Shown here in pieces: positions 46,001-59,615 of a stretch of DNA of 64,000 nucleotides. Source of the DNA: Phallusia mammillata (taxonomy: Eukaryota); the NCBI GenBank assembly GCA_965637545.1, contig OZ281497.1:6634001-6698000 (forward strand), in the 5' to 3' direction. The notes beneath the pieces are model-generated. The model made no database searches. It saw only the letters and a program-made list of their open reading frames with translations, and was not told the DNA's origin. A program made the translations under genes and the position numbers. The stretch's first letter is position 1; each line of letters begins with the position of its first letter.

Positions 46001-49000
46001 TCGGGGTCTCTGTCGTCAACAACACTGCGTTTCCAAGTCGTCCGTCCCTTAACAAAGTCTGTATTTGAAGATACAAAATATTCGTACCAACTATTTTTGG
46101 CGGCTCCTTTCGGCCAAATGTTTTCAAAACATCGGTATTTTTACACCATTGTACAAGCTTACGTCGAAATATGGCGTGGTGATTATTCATTCATAAATAC
46201 CCAAAAAAAATTATAAAAGCAAACTCGTTTATTTGCTTAAATTAAACAGAATTTTTATGGAAAATACACATCCCTATAAATGGAAAACCGCATTTTTAAT
46301 CCCAGTTTGACGAAACCGCAAATTCCAACCACGATTCAAACAGAAAGTCACATACGAGGATCAGTGACTATAAAGATTTTTTTGTTGAATCTCAAAATCC
46401 TTTGCCCTATGGAAGCTATCAAATCATCCATCTAAGCCAACCTCAAACTTTGCTAACACGATCGGAGCTACGAAACGCCTTTGAAACACCGAGAAAACGC
46501 CAAGAAAAATTCCGCATAAATTGCACCGATTTTTCACGTCGTTTTGTGCAGATTGAGAGCTGATATTCTCGCTAGCAGAACAAATATTAACACGAATTCC
46601 CGCCGCCAATTATTCTTTCACTCAATGGCAAAACAAACCGTTTTCTTGTCGCAGGATCAACCGCAAATGCGACAGATCAAATCGTGGCGGTTGGCCTTTT
46701 CAGGTTTGCTTTGAATCGCTGTTCTTAAGGCGTGCCGTGGCCTGTTTTGCGTCTTTGCCTAAATACTATTGACTTTGTCCTTGCTCCCAAATTTGTCATG
46801 TACTTCCAGATTCGGAATCGGCTTAACAATAGACCGTTTTCTGTTTTGAGCTTTCGAAAGTAACGACCAAACATCATGCTTCGTTTTTGGCACATTTTTT
46901 CCAAAACGCTTTGCGGTATTGCTTTCACCAGTTTTTTTCTTGGAAATCCCGTTACGTTTATATGTTACGTTTAGATGATACAATGGACTGTATGGTATCA
47001 TTGTCTTTGATATTGCTTGTGGTATTTCGGAAATATTAGGGTATGTTTCAGTTTTATTTTAGATTTTGGAAAAATCTATTATCATAGCTTTTGTCAAGAC
47101 CAAACAATTACCATTTTTTGTGCGGTATACCACCCAACGAACCCCTCAAATCGTCCGAACGTCAAGATCACTGTTTAAACATAAGTTTCCTGATGTGCAA
47201 ACCACAATTGCCATCCGCAAATAGGCAATAACATTGTGCTACACAAGGGCTTAATTCATAGCAAAGTCAAATACTCAGTTATTAAAGACCTCTCTTTGTG
47301 TTGCGCTTTGGTTGAAATACAAAATGGCTTTGTACATAAAGCGTCTGCTGTCTAACGTAAAATGTTTTTTGTTGGCATAACTGACGGGCTTTTGGCATGA
47401 CATGAGCTTAAAGCGCCATATTTAATGTCAACATATATAAAGTAACTATGAATAAAGTGTAACAATACATTATGAACTGAATAGGCTGCAAAGTGAACAA
47501 GGTATTTGTTTCAGATACAAGTTGGATCTAAAACCCTTTAACTTTGCAACTGAAAAGATTGTTTTTCTGTGGGCTCAATACCAAATTTAAATCTTATATT
47601 TTTGGTTCTACGGTTATAATCTCATTCGCATCGAAAAAATGTAAATATGGAATATTGTTGGTTGTATGAACTGACATTTTTTACTCCTTTGCCTAAAGCA
47701 ATTTTTAACGCACGCATTTGGGTGCAAATAAAGAAATTGAAAATCGCCCATTTCCTATAATCACGGCGTCCAATCTCAAATTCACATTTACATTCCCGGT
47801 AACAATGCTTGGAAAGTTAACAGTGCGTTAGACGGTGCTGAAAGATTGGTGGCTTTCTAACATTTGCTGATGCCCAGACAAACCATTCATCACGTCTGGG
47901 GAAATATTATGTCAGCCCGGCCAACGGTTTGTCAACAAACGACTGATGGCAAGCTGATTTGAAACTCCCTGCATTGTAGCACAGTGTGAATCGAAACCTT
48001 GTTTTATTAACTAAGAATGTACATGCAAAGGCGTGCTTTAGTTAAAGTATAAGCGCTTTTACTCAATTTCCTCCGTCTAATGCTTGATATCGAAAAGTTA
48101 CAACATTTCCCCCCCAAAGCTCTCCATTTTCACGCACACAGTATAGGCTGTTCTACAATGGATTAGTCGCCTTCGGCGAATATTATACGTTAAAACCTCT
48201 TCCCAGGTTAATTATTTTTCAAATCGAATTGTAAATAGAAATAGACCAAGTTTTTTTGTGGGGACTGAAAAACATACCCACTTTTGGGTATCGCTGGTTT
48301 GAGTAATGGTAAATTTTACAACACAACTGTTTTACTCTTACGTCTGAATTAATTGGGAAATTTATTTTAACAAATATATAAGTTTTTTGGACCCAATAAT
48401 GCTTAAAAATGTATGGTCAACTTTTTAGGGGTGCGCCATTTTGCTGCTTAATCTATGTCTGTAAGTCAAATCGACGCGTTGGTCATTTGTCCAGCACGTC
48501 AAAAACGCGCTTATTGGTCAGTTTAGCGGTCACTTGAACGCCAGCGAATCGTAACGGACACAAATATCCGTCTGTCCACAAGCGGACTGGCCATTAGCTC
48601 CGTGAGAGTGGACGCCAGGTTCAGGTGATGTGTCAAGGCCCATTCGCTGATAGAAATCTTATCATTGGGCGGCTAGATTTCTAAACAGCTGCAATTAAGC
48701 ACTTCCACTCACCGGAATGTCAAAGCTTTGAACTGGGCTAACGTCAATCAAACTATGCACGATTGTTGTGAGTTGGTTTAATTTCATCCAAGAACACCAA
48801 AAGTCCTAATTTTCACTCATAAAGATACAATGGCAGAATGGACATATTTAGTAAGAATTGGCGTATGTATTTTGAAATGAAGAATTATGACAATATCTTA
48901 TTGTTTTTTAACCGGACCAAATTTAACCTTGGACATTGAGGGTAACATTTGAAGGGCTTATGTTTTTGCTTGACCGAAGGTTGCATAGCTGAACACGTTG

Positions 49001-52000
49001 TTCGCAACAAGTTTTACGTGGTCAAATGTGGTCTGTTTACTTTTTTCTCCTATTGTTACCGGCATACTTTGCCTTGATTGAATTGTGGCAAGATTACCAA
49101 CGAAGTTGTTTCCCTCTTTCGGAATTACGCTAGTAGGTCTGAAAACGCAGAATTTCTGACATTAAGGGGTTATTTTCCTGGCCCTTCTCTGGGAGGCATT
49201 CGGTGCTAATTTGGTTTGAAACGAAAACATCGAAGTTCTTTCTTTGTAGACTCAAATTTGAGTCCATTGAAAAAGTTTCACGTTTCTACAACACAACGTA
49301 AGCCAACAACGACTTAAATGTGTATTGCACCATGCCACTAAGATTGGACCACCATGGCCCCTTAAGCAATCTCAAACCATACCAGAATCACAGCAATGCG
49401 GCCTAAGGGTCGTCCGGAAACTCGAGACAGCGTAAACATTTACCCAAAGCCTTGTCGGGCTTAAAAATCTACCAAAACGCAGGTGCTTAACGGTGCACAC
49501 CTGTTATAGGCTGGAGTTTTTTTCTCGGACCAGATCTGGGATTTGAGTTTGTGTGAGAATTACTGCTGCCATAAGCACGTGTTTGTTTGGACAGATGTTG
49601 TTGTGGTATTACGGGTCTGAACAGCGATGTGTGGCCATGTTTTTAGATCGCCATGTTTCTTGACATTGTTCGCCTATAGCCCTATATTTTTTTAGGCAGC
49701 AAAGTCTATTTCACCTATGAATGATTTTAAATATGCTGCGCATGTCTACATTCATAAGTGCATTTAGAAACTCAATCTTTGAAGAACAAGTTAGAAAGGA
49801 TCTTCTGTTCCAAAAAATTTCCCAATTTTATTGACTCGATTGCGTCAGGCATTTAAACAACCTGAAATGATTTGGCATCATCACTGCGTTGGTAGAACAC
49901 CTGAAAACGGGACGACATTAGGCTGTTAAAACGTTTTTTCAGTCTGTCATCAATCTTTTGTTGAGGTGCATGGTGCTTTGTAACTGGGGCAGACAAACAA
50001 GGTTTTCTTAAAATTTACGGTAATGTGTGTTGGGCAATTGCCCCATAAACAAAATGTGATATTTTTGTATAATTTCAAGTTTGGATGGTTCAGACTTGAT
50101 TCAACCAATGGTGTTTTTTGAGGCAAAGTTGCTTTGAAACTGAACAAAACATCAAAAAATATACCGGTTTGATTCGTTAGTTGACTGTATTTTGGAATTA
50201 AGACATGTTAGCAATCATGGCAATTTATTAAACTAAAAAGTGATAGGAATAACGTGGCGTAGTACCAAGCAATACTGACAATTAACTTCGATTTAAGAGA
50301 TGTTTCCTGATTATGCCTCTCAAAACATAGGGTCACCGTGAGTTCACACAACTGAAAAGTGCACGCTAATGCGATAGGCAAATCTTTACTACAAGGCAAC
50401 GAGCCGACGCATGTGTTTTAGCTTCCCAAACCCACTTGGCTGGAGTTTGTATTGCGGAATAACAAGAAAACAAAACCCTTCTCTCTCCTTCCCACCTGTT
50501 TGATGTCACCTCCCGCCTTTCCTGCCTTGATCGTGTCACGTGAATCACGTCAGCCAATAAGAGAACAAATAAACTTCGTAACCGCGAGTCTGTCGATTTC
50601 AAAGGCCGATTTGACGGATTATGTCAAACTTAAGCGTGTTGTAGATCAAGTTTGTCCGTAATAAATCAATAGCTATTGCTCAACGTGCAGTCGGTTTTGC
50701 TGGTCTTAAATCTGATCCGCTTTGTACGAACCCCTTATCTAAACCTTCTTAGAGTTATTGTCTTTAACGCCATACCTAACTTTGTTTTGACCGCATATGT
50801 GTAATACAAAATACGCTATTGGTGTATTATTCTGTGTTTTAGACAAACGAATATGCTTTAAATTTCGGTATGTATAGGGAATGAGATATAAACTATGTCG
50901 ATTAGGATGTAGTTAAAACGCATCTCACCCGTGTGCATTATCTCACACAATAACAAAACACCGCAATCATACTGCCTTCTCCCTTTGGTGCGGAACAGTT
51001 ACAATGTAAATCGCAATCCCGTAGCCGTTGCAAAGTCATTAAAAATGTAGAACGCCGCCCGTCGCGTTAATTTACTGCTCTCGAGGCGATACAAAATGCG
51101 AGCGACGCAACGCGCAATCACGTCATGTTATGATGTCATGTTCCCACTGAGCGTGCAGAGCTACATTAGCTGGAAAAGCACGTGTGAATATTTGGTCGTT
51201 TTGGGGTCATTTAAAGGTCAGTTTTTAAATTCACGATTCTCCATGAATTTGCGTGTGTTCGTATAAGAAAAAAAGGGGAATTATACTGTAAAAATTTGTC
51301 ATGCAGGTGTGAAGTTTTTTGGTATTTTTTATTGTCGCTTTTACGCTATTGTAAGTCTTGTGACTTTTTCCTCCAAAACGCAGTAATTCTACTTATGTGG
51401 CAAAGTTTTTAATGTATTTGTATTGTACATGCCTACGGATCACGTCTGAGTTGTTAAATCTCACATAAACCTTTCCTAAATGCAAACTAGGAATGGGAAA
51501 TTTCACTGTTTAATATCATCGTCACCAGTTCCTTTTGTTAGCCAAAAATTACTTCAGCAAGAAACTTTAAAAGTGCGCCTGAGATCAAAGATGGACTGAG
51601 ATTCTAAAAAATGTTCTATTGTCCGTTGTTTCATTATGTCATTATCTTGGAAATAGTGGCATTTCTTCCAAACCGGTAATATCGTCGCTAGGGGGTATAC
51701 GAGAGCATACGAAAGATCAACTATCTAGTGATGGAGTGTTTATTGCCACAGAGTTAATACAGGTCAGAAGAAAGACGTAGTTGTTTCGTTTCAATTTACA
51801 AACGGCAGCACACACCTGCAAAATATCACAACCTTTTAAAATCCTTGTCTAACTCAACAGCAATGCCGGATACTTGTTTTAATTTCTGTTAAACAAGTTT
51901 CTTGCGGGCCGAACAAAACTTATTACATTCCTGAAAAATCTCGAAACGATTGGAAGTTACATTAAACATTGCCATTCTATCACGACGGTATGTTGCCACA

Positions 52001-52611
52001 GACAATATAGTATTGCTTATGCGCAAGTCACATACCACACCCGACCCTAGGATCACCTTCGATACCAACCACAAAAGGGCATCAGTTAACGATACACGAT
52101 GAAAGACTGTGTAACCGCTCCTAACATTTAACGTTGCGACATTACCGTAGTTAACTGACTGAAACCTAATGTGTACTTATGCCTCAAGTAACGATTTGTA
52201 CGATTACTCATTTAACTGTACTGGCATTATCACAATTTGCCAAGCTTTACAAATGTTACCTTTTTGTACAGGCGTTTTTTTGTTTGTTTTAAAGATATTG
52301 TCATCGTCTACTCTGTTAATAACATAATCTAATGATTAACTGCGACTAATATGGCGTTTATAATTTTCATATTAAAAAAGTTTTCTAATGTTTGATTGGA
52401 ATGTTCTCATTTTCAGAAACTCGATCTAAAACCCCGACTTAATTCTGAATTTGTTTCGTTCATATCGGTTTATTGCAGAGTAAATCTCTTTACCCTAAAA
52501 TGTTGAAGTATCATGTTGTCTGTTGTAAAACAATAAAGCTAACCTGTTGTAAATACAGTACTTTACTTTCATAACTGCATAAACCCCAAACTAAAAAATT
52601 CGTAATTAAGG

Positions 52612-52617
52612 TTTATT
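52612..52617 (-). terminator. Putative FoxD polyadenylation signal
   Basis: AATAAA on the minus strand about 530 nt after the FoxD stop. Confidence 0.5.
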
Positions 52618-53148
52618 GTTTGATTGCAACCAATGAGAGACAAATAAAGCGTACACGACAAAAAAAAACACAAGAACAATTTCGATTCAAGATCGACACG
52701 CATGGAATAGATAATACAGCGGAACAATCAATACAGGCATAAAGCAATGGCAAATAGTCTTGTCTGCGCTTAGAGGACAACACAAAGTAAAGCAAAAAAG
52801 CAAACGTTGTGTCAGCCTTGGCCGGTTTGTGTATCTGAGCAATTTCTCCTTCGCAGCAAAAAAACTTTTTTGTTTCTTAGGGGCTTTAAGCTCAAAATGG
52901 CGTCCTGCGTATTGCCACATGGGAAATTCTACCACACTTTTTACTGCATATGCGCACACACAATTATAGCTTAATCTCCAAAAAATAAGCGCCAATGGCA
53001 TTTACGGGAGGCAGTGGAAAGGTTGAACACACCGGATACATCGATATGACGCCGTTGTGACATGTACGACTCTGATTGGCCCTGAGCTGGCTGTGAACCA
53101 CACATGGCTCTTGGCAATTGGGTTTGAAGTTACCATGGCTTTATTTCC

Positions 53149-55780
53149 TTACGTTGTGCGTCCAAAACAAGGCCACCCAGCCAGGGGAGGGAGATACCCG
53201 GCGCCCCCAAGAGGGTTAGGGACTTGCGCTGAGGCGGGGAACCCTGTGAATGGCAAAGTGGGGTTTGTTGCGGCGCCGAAAAATCCTCTTGATGCAAGTG
53301 GGTTTTGGTAAAACTTTGCCACCATGTCATAGTTGGCTAGGAGATGATTTTGACTGCTGGGTATCATGGATGTTGGTATTCTGGGTGGTGGCAGTGGAGA
53401 AGAGATTACTGAATCTGGAGAGGCACCTCTATGGCTAGAAGATTCAGGAGGACAATGGCTGACCTCCTTGTCAACTCTTCTGTCTTCCAGCTGGGGATGG
53501 TACGAAGTCGCTGAAGAAGATGAGGAAAATTTGGGCGTTGAAGTGATGATTGGTTTCATCATGTGACTGTGTCCTGGCATCCGCATTCTGGAGGAGGACT
53601 CGCAAGACGGAGAGGATACTGGGCTCTTGGCGCGTGGCGATGAAGATGGTGACAAAGAAAATTCAGATCCTTTAGAAATCCTCCTTTCTTCTTCCCGAAT
53701 TGATGGTGGGACATCTTCGGTACTTTTCTTGCCGATGAGGGACTCGATTGAGAATGGCGAATGTCGTTTTGTTTTCTTTTGTACCTCTTCATTGTCACTA
53801 GGTTGAGTGGATGAAGACTTTGCTGCGATGGCCAAGTTTGCGGCAAAGAGCCTTGCTTCGGGGCTCTCTCGTTGCATGGCAGGGTTAAATGGAAAATGTC
53901 CAGAGTTGAGAGAGTTCAAAATTGGGTTTCCACAAGGAAATTGAGATAATGCGTTTGAACCCAAGTTCAGAAGAGCTGCTTGGCGACTTGCCAATTCTTG
54001 TGGGGTCATCAGGGGTACTGCTGGGGGCAGAGGGTTCATGTAAGCGTACGAGTTGAGGGCGGCGGCCATAGCAGCTGCTTGGGGGTTCCCAGGCATTCCG
54101 TAACCCCGTCCGTAGGGGTTCGAAGCCCCACCCATAGCAAACATATGGTCACGGAACGGGTCACGCTGTTGTCGCTTGAATCGCTTGCGTCGGCGAAGGA
54201 AGGAACCGTTGTCGAACATGTCTTCTGCATCAGGGTCCATGGTCCAATAGTTTCCCTTTCCAGGGTTGCCAGGTTCCCGTGGAATTTTCACAAAGCAGTC
54301 GTTTAAGGAAAGATTGTGACGGATTGAATTTTGCCAGGCGGGAAACTTCTCTCTGTAGTATGGAAATCTGTTCATGATGAACTCGCAGATTCCGCTAAGA
54401 GTAAGTTTCTTATCCGGGGACTGGAGAATGGACATTGTAATAAGAGCGATGTAGGAATATGGCGGCTTGACATGTTTCTTCTTGCCATCGCCGCTGTCGT
54501 CTTTGTCGCCCGACACTTCGCCGCAATCGCTTTCCGACTGTTCTTCGGGTAAGGTTTGTCCAGAAGGGCCTTCGTTGCTAGAAAGCGAAGGTGACCTGAC
54601 GCCGCCATCTTGTTTTTCGGTCAGCGCTTGAGGCAGGAGAGTCGCCGGGTTTTGGGGCTCTAAATCCGGCGAAGAGTTGTCAACTTCACGTTCTTCGTCC
54701 GCAGCGTTGTAGCGAATTTGTCGTCGATCGAAAAACTGTGGGGCTGGGGAGGAGACTGAGGTCACATCGACTTCGGTTTCTGCTGAACCAAAAAAAGAAG
54801 TTTTAAATGCGAAATCAACGCAAAATGCATTCAGCAAGCAAACACAAGTATCGCAAGGCTTAGAACCGGGCCAAAGTATTGATGGATTGTTTGCAAACTT
54901 TTGCCAGCGCGGCCCATTAATTGTTGCCACGCGTGAAGGCGATGACGGCAAATCAGATCCCCATAGCAAGGCGGCCTTTGATCTAGCGGTTTGCCGCTGA
55001 CAACGTACTGCCTTCGCCTTGATCCAAGATAAACTAGTGCTTGGACTACGCGTTAACAGCCTCGCGCTCGCTTAGGAGATTATTTAATCCATCGCAGTCT
55101 GTGTTTGATTTAACAAATCGGGTCGCATTTGAATCAACAGACTTAACTGCGTCATGAAATTTGCGATCGTCCCAACGCGTGAACTAATGTCTTCTGAATT
55201 TATCAACATCGAATATTTCAAAACATACTGATTACAACTTTCGGTACTAAAAGTCAAGCAACTACAAACGTTGGGCTTCTTTGGAATTATACCAAAAAAT
55301 AAAAGTACAAACAGATTTCCTGCATAAACTATGAAGCTTAAAATTACCTGTAGTCTCTCCGTTTGGGATATAGCGATCTAAAATAGCCGTGGATGACATC
55401 GGTGCTACTGAAGACTTCAGCTGGTCTTGGAGTTGTTTCACAGCAGCATTCATAAACTGCAGAGCCGAGATGTCCCGAAAATTGTCCGGCGATGTACTAG
55501 ACCTCGATGAAGACTGGCCAATCTCTGTAGGCGATGCTCTATGATGACTTGGTCGCCTGTAAGGGTGGCTGTAACCTGGAGTGTTGCTGCGTTGTTCAGA
55601 GGCATCATTTCGTCGCATAACTCCTCCCCCAACACGTTGACTGATCTCTCGCTGTTGCAGGTACTGATGTCCTGGGTAATTCATTGCCAGGTCTAAGTTG
55701 GGCGTCGGTCGCGCTTGATATGGAAAACGGGCTGATTGGACTTCTGCTTGGGTCATGTGTCCGTAGGTCTGAACTGTCAT
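53149..55780 (-). CDS. FoxD: Forkhead box D transcription factor, about 688 aa, 2 exons
   Basis: Exon 1 55348-55780 (MTVQTYGH...ETT, donor G|GTAATT), exon 2 53149-54782 (acceptor TTCAG|CA), phase 1. FoxD-type forkhead [75 protein letters not shown]...[12 protein letters not shown]; acidic EVDV segment; eh1 motif FSIESLI. Confidence 0.95.
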
Positions 55781-56029
55781 TCTCTTGCTACTGATTGTTA
55801 CAAGCTTCTATCACAACTACGCGCGCCTTAGCTTGTTTCCAGGCAATGGAGTCGCGGTAGAGCGGTTGGAATCAAGCTAGCTTGGAAGCGTTATACAATC
55901 ACAGTTGGTTGTGTAGCAGCAGCTTCGTTGTCTCGTTGTTCAGCAAGTTGATGGTAATTAGAAAAATTCACTTGTGTCGTATTTTAAAGGTTCTGCACAG
56001 AAAGAAAAAAGGGCGGTTAGTAAGGCTTG

Positions 56030-56601
56030 ATCAAAGGTAACTTTTTAAACAATGTTTAAATTCCGAACATAGGCACATTTTTCCGGCGCCAAGTCTTCTG
56101 ACCCTCACATATATTATATCTGTATACTTTTAATTTCTGACTAACTGTGTAGTAATATACATACGACTCATGTTAAGCGACTGACTAGCTTCAAGTTAAC
56201 ACTGTACTTAAGTAGCTTGCTGAGCATTGGCTACTTCGAGGTCTGACTTCACAATGCACAAAGCGCAAATGTATATCTCAATCAACAACCGACCGCGAAT
56301 ATATGTCCATTTTTTCGCTGCGTCTCTAAGGCAGAGAAAAAAGTCACGCGTGTCTGATGCGTGCGGCCCCTAACAAATATTCCACAATCAAAGCCAAGTC
56401 CAACGTTGGGGGATTAGAGCGCCGACTTAAGATAAGTTCGGAACTCCAAACGCCCAATGTGTTTGAATTACGCATCAAAACTGATTAGCTTCTGAAAGGC
56501 GCCGTGGCGTTTGTTATTTCCAATCTACAAACTGATTATAGATATTGTGCTTGCAAAGTTACTCTTTGATATCGATAATTAATTGGGGCACGAGGACAAA
56601 G
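56030..56601 (-). promoter_or_regulatory. TCF/LEF motif cluster upstream of FoxD
   Basis: ATCAAAG 56030-56036 and 56387-56393, CTTTGAT 56564-56570, additional ACAAAG near 56257 and 56596, AGATAA near 56430; 250-820 nt upstream of the ATG. Confidence 0.6.
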
Positions 56602-57877
56602 CTCTCTCTATAAAAAGCAATATTAAATGCATTGTAAAGTTTTTCTTGTACTTTTTTCTTGAACTTTATCCCGGTATGACCAGTTTAAACAATTTTCGAA
56701 ATAACGTCAACAACCTAATATTATAAGCTTAAGACAATAAAGTTACGCTCATGCACGAATAAACTTTTATTTACCAACGTTTTTAGATTGCAAAGTTATT
56801 CATAGTAATTTAAACAGAATAAGAATGAAGTGATATTGTCGCGAAAGATATGGGCACCGACTAGTTGGTATTTTTGACCAATTTTAATAATATAGTTATG
56901 TAAAGAAAGGCCTCTTTTAATCGGCGATAATTATGTCCAAATTTCAAATCGTATTTTAAGAATGCCCGACTCAAAAAGTTTAATACGTTTACCAAAACCT
57001 TTCACTATTCAAGTTTTGTGAGCTAAACCACTTCTAAAATGTATCGCAAATCTTCACACACGCCATAGCGCTCTACTCAAGTCGAATTCAAACCGCACTA
57101 CAATCTAAACCTGGTCCTAATGTCACGCAATCTAAATCAAGCGCGAAAACTACTAACTGATATCGACAGCTCTGAAGTTACGCCGAGACTTCCTACCAAC
57201 GCGAGATGCCTTGTTTACAAAACACAGCGATCAGTTTCAAAATGGCCGCTCACTCTATCGTTTTGTTCGACAAGCGTAAAATAGAAACAAATTCGCCTCT
57301 TAGGGTTAATCCTTGAATTGTGTTAAATATTTCAAATCTGTTTGTTTACTGCCACAAGTTTTAAGCTAACCATATGCGTTTGCCGTTTAACATCATTGAG
57401 TACAATACCAAACAAATTTAATGAACTGAGACATTTTGTTTTCGCTCTCAGTCTAGTCTTGTGCCAATTGTAACCTAATTTATCTTCTCAAATAATACAG
57501 TACGCGTAATTCTTTCCAAACCGTTTCGCTTAAAATTGGAAACCTTGTAACTCAGCTCCATCGGAGGGCTGCAAGTAATAGTTACAAAGTATCCTAAATA
57601 ATTCTTTACATCGCCACATTATTGCCTGTCTCTAACCAAATGAATTATTTTCTTTTACACTTATAACCTTCAGTTGCTATTAGGTTTTACACCCACTTTA
57701 TTGTACTTGCTGGTGTTCAACCATTGTTGAAATTCAACTGATGGAGAAATGTTACTGGCTCGCACTATTTAACTAGTCCGAGCTATTTTTTTGCCGCGGA
57801 CTTCCAAAGCCCAGATTCCAGCCTTACAGCGGCAGAACAAACGACATAGGCCTGTGTACGACTTTGGTAGGCGCGCC

Positions 57878-58086
57878 ACAAAGTTATCATTACAAGGGAT
57901 CGAATGCAAATAGTGATAAGCGACAAATGAAAGTGCGTTGCGCCTATCACTAACCTAACTTGCTTAATTGGTCCGACTTCAGTTGACTGCTAAGGTGATA
58001 ATGGCCTGTTTGAGATCTAACTGTCGCATGCCTTGTAGACTTGTCTGATCAGTCAGTACATCTGACGCTTTCCTTTCGTCTTATCA
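57878..58086. promoter_or_regulatory. GATA motif cluster about 2.2 kb upstream of FoxD
   Basis: TTATCA 57884, TGATAA 57914, CTATCA 57944, TGATAA 57996, TTATCA 58081; ACAAAG 57878 abutting the first. Confidence 0.45.
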
Positions 58087-59159
58087 AGGACTTGAATACG
58101 GTGATGTCCAAAATGTAACAAGGGCCAATATGGATTATTTCAAGAGTATAAATATGCGCAATTGTATGACCCTTTAAGGTTTCAATTTTAACGTCTATTT
58201 AGTAAGTCTTCTAATGATACAAACCAAAAATGATATTGAGACTTTGCAACTAAATATGTTTAGAAAAAAACGTATACTTTAACGCCTCAAAACGTCCACA
58301 GTTTAGCCTGGCGCGACGCGGCCATCTTACTTTGAAAAACCCGACTCGCGGAGCCGTCTAACGCTAATGTCGGGTTTGCTTTTCGGAGCTTCGACTTCGG
58401 GCTTTTGCGGAGAGAGTTTGCGAGAAAGGGAATGACAATTTATGGCTGATTTGACGCTCAACGCTTCGACTGGCGTTGTTTGCCATGAAACATCGTTACA
58501 CAGCGCTAATATGCGAAACAACTGTTCAATGGCTTGTAACGGCAACTTATTACCCATACGGCGCGCTTGGAATTGAACATTGGACATTGTGTTTTAAGCC
58601 TTTTCCCACTGCTTTTGGTGTCCTAGTTTCTCAATAAAATTGAGAGTTTTTGATTGGTATAGTAAACTGTTACCATATTTTCCAATCATTTTGTTTCGGA
58701 ATATTTTTTGTTCCAACTGTTGTTTTGTCGCTTTAAAATGATGCAGAAATAACCATATGGTATTCTTGTGTATATTCAAGTCAACATTTGGTAAAGCTTT
58801 TGCAAAATTTAAGACATGGTAAAAAAACTTTAACTTGATGTCTTGGTCATTGTTGAAAAAACATCCGTCAAATAGACTTTTTTAAGTTGTTGTTTTGTGA
58901 AATTTATTTGCCGGGCCCTTGCTGGCAATTACACTTGTGATTCAAATATCTTTCATTTTTGTACTCTCGGGATAATGAAATTGTCCTAAATGGTACTAAT
59001 TATAATTGCCCAAATCACCAAATTTATCTCGGTATTTTAACTGTAAATAGACCTCACTCGCATTTACAGTAGCAAAAGACTCCTGCACGACACACAAGGT
59101 TAGAGTGTCACTGTGGACTATACTTTTCGCAGAATAATCTACTTGGTTTTTTTCTGATT

Positions 59160-59245
59160 ATTTGGTCGGCATGGGATTCGAACCCTTACCCTCAACCTTA
59201 AAAATCCAACTCGTACATTTACCGCATCCTCTTGTTGCGCTATCA
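59160..59245 (-). mobile_element. tRNA-derived SINE-like fragment
   Basis: Minus strand ...agggttcgaatcccatgccgacca (B-box/T-arm), degenerate D-arm. Confidence 0.35.
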
Positions 59246-59615
59246 GACTTACAGGTGTGCAAATTTCCCGGTCGTGTCGTATGCTTCCTAACGTCGTTCA
59301 AGGTGCTGCCGCGAACACCGATTTGCTTGTATCTTAATAGTCTCTAAAAAGCACGCTCCGTTGTAAGCCACCTGAATACATTAGCGTGAATTTGAATCCA
59401 GTAGCGAAGGCGTGTATTGAATTTAAAATAAAACTCTTATGCATTGGAGGATTCGTAACTAGGCAGTTTATTGTTGGATGAATGTGAGGGTGTTTTTAGA
59501 TATAGATTTAAAAGTTTGATGTGTATGCTGATTAGAAATGGTGGAAACGGCTTTATGTACTAAAATGTCTTTACTGTGGGGGTAACTTTGTTTGTGTCTT
59601 TGTAGTTTTCAGTCA

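Noticed and set aside
53057-54552. Plus-strand ORFs overlapping FoxD exon 2
   Set aside because: Expected by-product of GC-rich coding sequence; no independent support.
54783-54969. N-terminal 62 aa (MLWGSDL...) of the 606-aa FoxD ORF in the track
   Set aside because: It lies in intron 1; a good acceptor at 54783 and a phase-matched upstream exon starting MTVQ explain the gene better.
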